Below, one piece after another: positions 57,162 through 64,000 of a stretch of 64,000 bases of DNA. This stretch comes from Candidatus Thorarchaeota archaeon (lineage in GTDB: Archaea; Asgardarchaeota; Thorarchaeia; Thorarchaeales; Thorarchaeaceae). The DNA lies in NCBI GenBank assembly GCA_016933575.1, contig JAFGAR010000081.1:160001-224000 (forward strand), given 5' to 3'. Below the pieces are notes generated by a model. The model saw only the letters and a list, made by a program, of their open reading frames with translations. It was not told the origin of the DNA and did no database searches. Positions within the stretch are counted from its first letter, which is position 1; each line of letters starts with the position of its first letter. A program made the translations under genes and the position numbers.

Positions 57162-58154
57162 TTGACACGAATTGATGATATTCTCGAACTATTGACCAAT
57201 TTTGACGGCATTTCTCGTAAGTTTGTGTTACCATCAATTATAGACAAATTACGACTCAGTTCCTATAAGGGTGACACGCCCCATAGTTTGGGGGAAGACT
57301 CAGCTGCAATAGGTACAAACTCTGATGACTTTGTCCTTCTCACTACTGATGCAATTGTTGAAGATCTCTGTCTCGGTCACCCGCGAGCGGCTGGATTCAA
57401 TGCAGTTCTTGCTAATGCAATGGATATCTATGCTGCGGGAGGTACTCCTACATCCTTTGCTGTTGCTCTTTCCTATGCAGATCCGAAGATAGGAGAGGCT
57501 ATTCTGGATGGATTAATTACAGGTTCTCATACATTCAAGATACCTATTGTCAGAGGCCATACAAATCCTCGTTCATCCTCTACATATGTTGTTGGATCTG
57601 CGACAGGAACTGTGCAGAAGAACAGTCTTCTTACAGCCGGTGGGGCCGAAGATGGTGACATATTGGTCATGCTCTTTGATAGGACCGGACAACGAGGGGC
57701 ACATTATCATCTTGGATGGGATTCCGTAACGGATAGATCCTCTGAGAATGTTGTGAAACGATTGAGTGTTATGAATGAGATTGCTGGTAGACAATTAGTT
57801 ACTGCTTCAAAGGATGTATCTGTTGCAGGTATCGTTGGTACAGCAGCTATGATGTTGGAATATTCAGGAAAGGGGGGAACACTCGAACTGAATGCGATAG
57901 ACAAAGCCAGGCCAAAAGATATCCCTCTTGAGGACTGGTTACGTATGTATATCTCTCTCGGGTTCCTAGTTGCTACTCCTCTAAGCCATATCAATAACCT
58001 GAAGAAGATTGCACAGGCACATGAGCTCTCTGCGTGTCGAATTGGTGTGGTCGATGATACCCGAGAGGTGAAGCTCTCACTTGATGGAGAGGTCCGTGTC
58101 ATGTTTGATTTTACTAAGGGTCCTGTGTTGACTCCAAAGACTGGACATGTCTGA
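57162..58154 (+). CDS. AIR synthase-related (PurM-like) protein, sll0787/methanogenesis-marker-2 type
   Basis: GEDSAAI, TTDAI, ANAMDIYAAGG, RGHT, SKDVSVAGIVGT. Confidence 0.85.
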   Translation: MTRIDDILELLTNFDGISRKFVLPSIIDKLRLSSYKGDTPHSLGEDSAAIGTNSDDFVLLTTDAIVEDLCLGHPRAAGFNAVLANAMDIYAAGGTPTSFAVALSYADPKIGEAILDGLITGSHTFKIPIVRGHTNPRSSSTYVVGSATGTVQKNSLLTAGGAEDGDILVMLFDRTGQRGAHYHLGWDSVTDRSSENVVKRLSVMNEIAGRQLVTASKDVSVAGIVGTAAMMLEYSGKGGTLELNAIDKARPKDIPLEDWLRMYISLGFLVATPLSHINNLKKIAQAHELSACRIGVVDDTREVKLSLDGEVRVMFDFTKGPVLTPKTGHV

Positions 58155-58204
58155 TAGATAGCTGCGTTATAGTTATAATGTCCAAACATAGCTAGACTAG
58201 TGAA

Positions 58205-58429
58205 GTGTCCCAAGTGTCGACAATCAAGGAGTGCAGCATTCTTGGCTGCAGAAAAACATCAAAGAGGTCTTTCGCCACAGTGCGAATCATGGAGAGTATC
58301 ACCAACTCTAGTCTAAAAGTAAAGGACGCTCGAGCAAGGAAGATCTACCTGTGTGCAGATCACTGGAAGATTGTAAAGAAAGCCTTCAAGAAGGATACAA
58401 AGGGTGAGCGGCTTCGCTGGGGCCATTAG
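58205..58429 (+). CDS. Small zinc-finger protein
   Basis: CSILGC...YLCADHW. Confidence 0.75.
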   Translation: MSQVSTIKECSILGCRKTSKRSFATVRIMESITNSSLKVKDARARKIYLCADHWKIVKKAFKKDTKGERLRWGH

Positions 58430-58446
58430 TTTAGCATGGTATTGGA

Positions 58447-58842
58447 ATGAGAGGCATTCCAATCAAGAGAAGGGGTGTTCCTATGTCCAAACAGGGCAAT
58501 AAACCTGGTGACCTAAAACCAAACTTCAAACTCTGGTTTGAGAGCGATGATGAGTATATCTTCGGTCCCGGAGCCTGTGCAATTCTCAAGTCAATACATG
58601 AGGAAGGCACAATCACCAAGGGAGCTGAAAAACTTGGAATGTCTTACCGTTATGCATGGGGAGTAATTCGGAGGATCGAAAAGAAACTTGATACACATCT
58701 CATCGAGACATACAAGGGTGGACAGACTGGCGGGGGCGGTGCTCGAGTTACCGAATTTGGTCTACACTTGATCGAGACGTATACTAATCTAAACGATACA
58801 CTTGAGCGTGCAGTTCAACGGTCTGGTCATATTACTCTATGA
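58447..58842 (+). CDS. ModE-type winged-helix regulator (no Mop domain)
   Basis: KLWFE, FGPG, GTITKGAEKLGMSYRYAW, GG..GGGARVT; start probably at MSKQG. Confidence 0.9.
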   Translation: MRGIPIKRRGVPMSKQGNKPGDLKPNFKLWFESDDEYIFGPGACAILKSIHEEGTITKGAEKLGMSYRYAWGVIRRIEKKLDTHLIETYKGGQTGGGGARVTEFGLHLIETYTNLNDTLERAVQRSGHITL

Positions 58843-59898
58843 GAATCGTATAACAATTGCATCATTCGGACAGTGGCTCTTGCATTCAAGGCACATGATA
58901 CAGTCAGGGCTATGCATGTGCTGATATGGAAATCTTCGAATTCTAATGTTCATTGGACAGACAACCTCACAGACATTACATGTATCTGGGGTACAACGTG
59001 CTGGGTTTCTTCCAATTCCTATCAATGCCTCACGAGAGAATACACTATAGAGCCATCCTGCTGGACAGATCCATCTACAAAACCATCTGGGTATCCAGAA
59101 AGACACGATGAATACGAATATCACGAAGGCTAGTTGAAGGAGTACAAAGCCCCATTGGGTGATATACCAAAGGGTTGCCAGGCTTGTTGGCCACAATCCT
59201 GTTGTCTGGTCTGGAAATATCTCAAAGAGAATAGTTGCAGGATTGAATGGTGCAAATGCATCATTTGCAAAGGCTCCCAAGGTTGCCTCGAGGGCTGCTT
59301 CCGTGCCAGTTGCCTTAGCAAATCCATACCAGACAGCTAGTCCAACGACAATCACAAAGATGTAGATTTTGATTTTGCGTAGGTCCTGTTCAGTATTTGG
59401 GGCTGGTCTGACTTTCGTGCGCTTTGGTAAGGTGACAAAGTCCTGGATGGTTCCGATTGGACATATCCATCCACAGGGTGCCCGTCCAACGAAAATCAAG
59501 ATAATAATCATAGCACCGATGGTGAAGAAAGGAAATGCTCCTGAAGTGAATGTCCGTTGCATTACATCGAACGAACCTGCTATTACACCAAATGGTGCCT
59601 CCAAAGGAGCAATGATTGGTAAGGTTGGCAGGAGATCCCTAAATCCTGTCCAGAACGCTGTGATATAATCTGCACCGAACCATGCGGTGAAAATGTAGGC
59701 ATTGATACCTATGAAGAAGAAAATCTGGACTACTCGACGAAGCATTCTCAAATTGAATATGAAGCCAAGAGGATTGCTTCTGACCTTCTTTACTTTCTCT
59801 TTGTCCTTCTCTTTGACTGGTTCTTCAACCAATTCTTCTGGCTCAAGAAGTTCTTCTTCCTCGCCAGTGTCTTCTAGCCTCTCGGCATCTTCTGCCAT
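58837..59898 (-). CDS. NapH/RdxA-like membrane 4Fe-4S protein
   Basis: GRAPCGWICP and RWFCRWICP CxxxCP motifs, TM helices, C-terminal ferredoxin motifs; start taken at MAEDA. Confidence 0.88.
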   Translation of the reverse strand: MAEDAERLEDTGEEEELLEPEELVEEPVKEKDKEKVKKVRSNPLGFIFNLRMLRRVVQIFFFIGINAYIFTAWFGADYITAFWTGFRDLLPTLPIIAPLEAPFGVIAGSFDVMQRTFTSGAFPFFTIGAMIIILIFVGRAPCGWICPIGTIQDFVTLPKRTKVRPAPNTEQDLRKIKIYIFVIVVGLAVWYGFAKATGTEAALEATLGAFANDAFAPFNPATILFEIFPDQTTGLWPTSLATLWYITQWGFVLLQLAFVIFVFIVSFWIPRWFCRWICPAGWLYSVFSREALIGIGRNPARCTPDTCNVCEVVCPMNIRIRRFPYQHMHSPDCIMCLECKSHCPNDAIVIRFS

Positions 59899-60009
59899 GA
59901 ATTCATTCCTCGCCTGGAGCGCTGATGACGGCGAAAACTTGCGCCTGATTAAAAACGTTATGCTGGATTGAAAGAGCTTGGTTTGCATACAAATAATTGT
60001 CTATGCGGG

Positions 60010-60429
60010 TCAAATGAGGCTGTAAGTGATATAAATCACGTTTGATTCCAATGTAAAGGTCATGTTGTAATTTCCGGATTCAGTTGGTGGGCTAATTACG
60101 ATTGGATGTAAGAACGTTTCAGACCAGATTGCATTACTTGCTGGAGGGTCCACTCCTAGATTCAGAGTTATGATTAGAGTGTAATCACTATCCGTCGTTA
60201 TACTGATTCCTGCAGGTAGATAGACCTGGATTGACCGGCTATCATACTCTCCCACGTCAACTTGTCGTGTAGCATTGAATATCTGTTGTGCAGCGAGCTC
60301 TCCTTCTTGCAGGTGTTGGGTCGTTGCCATTGTGTCAATTGCGTAGAGTAGCACCGGAACCCCAATAATCACTGCTGTTGAGAGTCCCACAGCAATCAGC
60401 ATCATTTTTTCCAGAGACCGTGATACCAT
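60010..60429 (-). CDS. N-terminally anchored hypothetical protein (pilin-like layout)
   Basis: Short charged leader, then hydrophobic helix, then beta-rich domain. Confidence 0.6.
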   Translation of the reverse strand: MVSRSLEKMMLIAVGLSTAVIIGVPVLLYAIDTMATTQHLQEGELAAQQIFNATRQVDVGEYDSRSIQVYLPAGISITTDSDYTLIITLNLGVDPPASNAIWSETFLHPIVISPPTESGNYNMTFTLESNVIYITYSLI

Positions 60430-60516
60430 ATTTTTCTATCCGACACTCTCCCACATAAACTACTCTGAAACTAAAACAGCAGCGAGCAAGATTTTATCTT
60501 TGGTTCTACCAGTTGT

Positions 60517-61926
60517 GTGAGTGGCGATATTATGGATGCTCTAGTTCCAATTCATATTGGTCTCATGGGTCATATCGACCATGGTAAGACCGCTCTAGCT
60601 AGAGCATTGAGTGAAAGGGTCTCTACAGCTGGACTCGATAAACATCCACAGGCAATTCAGCGTGGTATCACAATAGACCTCGGATTCACGATGTTCATAC
60701 TCGACAAGTACCTTGTGACCCTTGTTGATTCACCAGGTCATGCAGATCTAATACAGAGTGTCGTTGCAGGGGCGAATATCATTGATTCCGCTATCCTTGT
60801 TGTGGCCGCTGATGAAGGACCAAAGATACAGACTGGTGAACATCTCATAGTTCTTCGATCTATGGGTATCACATCAATTGTCGTGGTCATTAGTAAGATA
60901 GATCTTGTCACAGAAAAACAGGTGCAAGATGTAGAGAACAGAATGCGATCAATAGTTCGTGATGTGGGCATTCAGACAGTCGAATACGTACATCTCTCCG
61001 CCAATGAAAAGAAGGGTATCGATGAACTTCGGGATGCGATTCTCCGGATTATCACTCCTAGAGAACGAGTCACGAAAGGAACCTTACTAATGCCAATTGA
61101 CCATGCGTTTCCCGTAAAAGGTCATGGTACTGTTGTCACAGGAACTATCCTTAGAGGGCATTTGAGCATCAATGATCAAGTGGAGCTTGTTCCTTCTGGC
61201 GCAAGAGGAAGGGTACGTTCAATTCAGACATTCAGCGAAAATAGAGCACTTGTGCAAGCAGGTGACCGTGTTGGTATTAATGTCCCTGAATTCATCCCTT
61301 CTGAAATAACACGTGGCGACTACATATGTGCTCCTGGGACCATATCATCCTCTGACAAGGTCATTGTTCAAATCCGAATCAATCCTCTCTATAGAGGTCG
61401 TATCACAAAGAGAATGACAGTGAATGCAGCGATTGGGATGCCAATATCAACTGCACAGATTTTCCCTTTCATCGAACAGGACTCGTTGAGAGTCATCGTG
61501 GATGCTGTCGATACTGAGGACTTCAAAGCAGCCTTGGTCCTTCAACGCCCAGTGGCTATAGATAAAGATGCAAAGATCCTGCTTCTCCGTACTGATCTGC
61601 CACCAACACAGATGAGAGTCATTGGCTCAGGATCCATAATTGAAATTCCACATGACGTTACACTCAACAAGAAGAAACTGAGAATCGGTAGAGTACAACG
61701 GATACGCGATGAAGATGTTCTTGTTGAGGGTCTTGCCTCTACAAAAAAAGTGGCTGAGGCTCTGATAAATGCAAGAGTCCAATCATCTGGAGGAGCGGAG
61801 GGTATTGTTAAGAGTCCATTCGGAACACGAGGAGTTGTGTCTGTGATATTTAGCACTCCCGTTCGAGAGTCTGAAGATATCTACTATGAACGGTTTATCG
61901 AGGAGGAATACAGATTTGGACAATGA
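60517..61926 (+). CDS. selB: Selenocysteine-specific elongation factor SelB/EFSec (archaeal/eukaryal type)
   Basis: GHIDHGKT, RGITIDLGF, DSPGH, QTGEH, IDHAFPVKGHGTVVTGT, GDRVG; C-terminal G.VKSPFGTRG domain IV. Confidence 0.93.
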   Translation: MSGDIMDALVPIHIGLMGHIDHGKTALARALSERVSTAGLDKHPQAIQRGITIDLGFTMFILDKYLVTLVDSPGHADLIQSVVAGANIIDSAILVVAADEGPKIQTGEHLIVLRSMGITSIVVVISKIDLVTEKQVQDVENRMRSIVRDVGIQTVEYVHLSANEKKGIDELRDAILRIITPRERVTKGTLLMPIDHAFPVKGHGTVVTGTILRGHLSINDQVELVPSGARGRVRSIQTFSENRALVQAGDRVGINVPEFIPSEITRGDYICAPGTISSSDKVIVQIRINPLYRGRITKRMTVNAAIGMPISTAQIFPFIEQDSLRVIVDAVDTEDFKAALVLQRPVAIDKDAKILLLRTDLPPTQMRVIGSGSIIEIPHDVTLNKKKLRIGRVQRIRDEDVLVEGLASTKKVAEALINARVQSSGGAEGIVKSPFGTRGVVSVIFSTPVRESEDIYYERFIEEEYRFGQ

Positions 61927-63238
61927 TGAGATTGAACGAGTTCTGGACAGAATCATCCCTGAGAGTATGACTCGTCGTGGTCATACAGCAATTGACGCCT
62001 TCACTGCTCCTATTAGGGACGTTCTAAATCGGAGAATCTTTCCGGATGTCGCCTTGACAGACGACCAACTGAGATTGATGATCCAGATTCTCTCATCAAT
62101 GGACACTGACAAAGATCCAAAGGCTGCAAGAGTTGGTGAAAGAGAGGCCCGTATTGCCTCTCCATTCATTGGTAGTCTATCTGCGGGATTCAATCATGGT
62201 ATTGGAAGAAGTGGTCAACTCACAGCACCTCAACCAAAGGCTGTAGGTGCGTCTCTTATGCAACAAGTAGCAAACAATGTTGCACTTGATGCTATTCGAA
62301 AGTTAGGCCTTAGTAATACTCAAGCTGGTCTGGTCACTCCCCTGTCAACTGGAATGACAATTGCCTTAGTATTAAGTGCGCTCCGTAGGGAATTGGGTAT
62401 CAAGACAGTTCTCTATCCTCGAATTGATCATATCTCTCCTCAGCGAGGAATATCTCTGACAGGTCTGATCGAACTCCCTGTCTTGACAACAATACGTGGC
62501 GATGCTGTCAATACAGATCTGAGTGATCTTGAGAAAAAAATATCCAAGAATGAGTCCTGTGCAGTCCTCTCAACAACAACTTTCTTTCCTCCTCGAGAAG
62601 CAGATCCAGTGAAGGATATAGCAAAACTCTGCTCTGCTAATGACATTCCATTCATAATTAACAATGCGTATGGTGTTCAATCAGAAGCAACTATGAGTCT
62701 GATCCGATCTGCAATAGACGCAGGTCGTGTGGATGCCGTAATCCAAAGTAGTGACAAGAACTTCATGGCGCCTGTTGGGGGATCTATTGTTGTGTCTCCC
62801 AATCAGGAGACAATCAATTGGATAGCTGACTCATATGCAGGTCGTGCGACAGCGGCACCGGTTGTGCAGACACTCGCAGCACTATTGGCTCTTGGTTTAG
62901 AACGGTACAAAGAACTACAAGGTCAACAAATTATCAATCATGCCTTCTTAAAAGAAAAGATGCAGGATATTGCCAATAAGCTTGGACAACGAGTGCTTGA
63001 AGTTGAAAATCATATTGCTGTAGCCATTACGATGGATGGTCTGAATGTCCGTGATATTGGCGCAAGACTGTATAATGCTAGGGTCACAGGACCTCGAGCA
63101 GTTGAGAAGGGAGCCTTTGGTTCGTCTGTTGACGACTACCCCCATAGCTATTTTGTCATGAATGCTGCAATTGGAGCAAGTCATGGTGATGTAGAAACAG
63201 CGACAACGAAGTTCTATAAGGAAGCAATCAATAGATAA
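61916..63238 (+). CDS. spcS: O-phosphoseryl-tRNA(Sec) selenium transferase SepSecS
   Basis: MDTD, VGEREAR, HGIGRSG.L.APQPKA.G, NNAYG, QSSDKNF..PVGG (PLP Lys), YAGRA; TTG start after GAGGAGG. Confidence 0.95.
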   Translation: MDNDEIERVLDRIIPESMTRRGHTAIDAFTAPIRDVLNRRIFPDVALTDDQLRLMIQILSSMDTDKDPKAARVGEREARIASPFIGSLSAGFNHGIGRSGQLTAPQPKAVGASLMQQVANNVALDAIRKLGLSNTQAGLVTPLSTGMTIALVLSALRRELGIKTVLYPRIDHISPQRGISLTGLIELPVLTTIRGDAVNTDLSDLEKKISKNESCAVLSTTTFFPPREADPVKDIAKLCSANDIPFIINNAYGVQSEATMSLIRSAIDAGRVDAVIQSSDKNFMAPVGGSIVVSPNQETINWIADSYAGRATAAPVVQTLAALLALGLERYKELQGQQIINHAFLKEKMQDIANKLGQRVLEVENHIAVAITMDGLNVRDIGARLYNARVTGPRAVEKGAFGSSVDDYPHSYFVMNAAIGASHGDVETATTKFYKEAINR

Positions 63239-63264
63239 CAAGTCCTTGAGGGAGGGCTAGACAC

Positions 63265-63918
63265 GTGGATAAAACAGATGAAATGGTTGAGGTCTCTCAA
63301 ATCCAGAAATACCTGTCTGAAGATTCTGCTACGGTCTTCAGAATCACTTGGTATGAGATCGCATCTAAACCCAATGTTCTTCTTGAGGAATATAATGAGG
63401 CTGAGAGTCAGGTATTCCAAGGTACTGCTCGATTCTCCTTGCAAATTGGCGGTGAGAAGGCCTTTGCTAGTGTCTTAGTAGATGGTAGCCAGTCCTCTAC
63501 TGAGATACGAGCTCAAGGAAAGGATGAGGTTGCTCTCAAAATCTATCTGGACGCACTAATGGAATCATTAAAGGACGCTCTTGGAAAATATGAATCTCTT
63601 CCAGAAGAGGACCGGGCGAAGGTGAAGAGGGCACTGGTCGCGAAGACCTGTTGGGATAGAATGGTCAGAAAGATACTGAACAAAGAATCACTAGGTGCAG
63701 TCTACTACCAAGTTGCTCATGGTCGAGAGATGTTCATCAAGGCTACTGAGGGTGAGAGTGGTGCGCACCCTGTTGCTCTCACAACATCTGCCTGGCTCTC
63801 TCGAATAGAGTCTCTTCCTCATGAAGAACCTATTCCCGGCAATATTGCCACAGAGCTTGCAAAGAAGAGTGTTGAATGGAAACGTGGAACCCAGGAAGTC
63901 ATAGGCCGTTACATTTAG
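63265..63918 (+). CDS. Hypothetical protein
   Basis: 217-aa ORF with GGAGG upstream. Confidence 0.7.
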   Translation: MDKTDEMVEVSQIQKYLSEDSATVFRITWYEIASKPNVLLEEYNEAESQVFQGTARFSLQIGGEKAFASVLVDGSQSSTEIRAQGKDEVALKIYLDALMESLKDALGKYESLPEEDRAKVKRALVAKTCWDRMVRKILNKESLGAVYYQVAHGREMFIKATEGESGAHPVALTTSAWLSRIESLPHEEPIPGNIATELAKKSVEWKRGTQEVIGRYI

Positions 63919-63980
63919 ATTCGTTTTCATTTTGGTCTGAGTACTGCATTGGGTCTAATTTTGGCCTCCTACAGAAACGG

Positions 63981-64000
63981 TGGTCCGGTTCCGCGGGCTT
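63981..64000 (-). tRNA. Possible 3' end of a tRNA cut by the window edge (tRNA-Tyr-like G72/A73)
   Basis: Reverse complement AAGC CCGCG GAACCGG A CCA parses as T-loop end, T-stem, acceptor strand, discriminator, CCA; only 20 nt visible. Confidence 0.35.

Noticed and set aside
57162-58154. Selenophosphate synthetase SelD (PurM fold near selB)
   Set aside because: No N-terminal Cys/Sec-x-x-Lys motif; extending the frame to the upstream TGA gives no SelD-like sequence; motifs fit the sll0787/marker-2 family
1-64000. CRISPR array, rRNA genes, transposases
   Set aside because: No regularly spaced repeats, rRNA-like tracts or transposase/integrase motifs seen

Overview
Core chromosomal region of an Asgard archaeon, most likely Thorarchaeia. 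This is inferred from gene content: archaeal information-processing genes, tandem longin-like/Arf-like small GTPases, a roadblock protein, Get3, EMC3/TMCO1, and an archaeal/eukaryal-type SelB plus SepSecS. The window holds a rearranged uL22-to-cbf5 ribosomal superoperon (Hsp20 inserted between uL30 and uL15, two genes inserted between secY and adk, SUI1 absent), the uS13-uS4-uS11 cluster without rpoD, RNase P RNA, an intron-containing tRNA-Ser(GGA), tiaS, tsr3, TFB, HdrA, HypD and ether-lipid enzymes. Several short genes missed by the ORF track are also present (uS14, Rpo12, an Fpg C-terminus, a 41-aa membrane peptide). The most striking observation is at the aIF1/SUI1 locus. About 2.8 kb downstream of the intact gene lies a second, start-less, stop-free copy of its 3' 70 codons (45887-46102). 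It is 84% identical in protein but synonymously recoded at 33 of 58 conserved codons, and the two copies bracket three foreign-looking genes. This is the footprint expected of an element that integrates inside a translation-factor gene and supplies its own replacement C-terminus. The same gene must start at GTG, with an out-of-frame ATG mini-ORF (M-R-E-stop) 4 nt upstream at better Shine-Dalgarno spacing, suggesting start-codon-fidelity autoregulation. All calls come from reading motifs by eye; no database searches were run.
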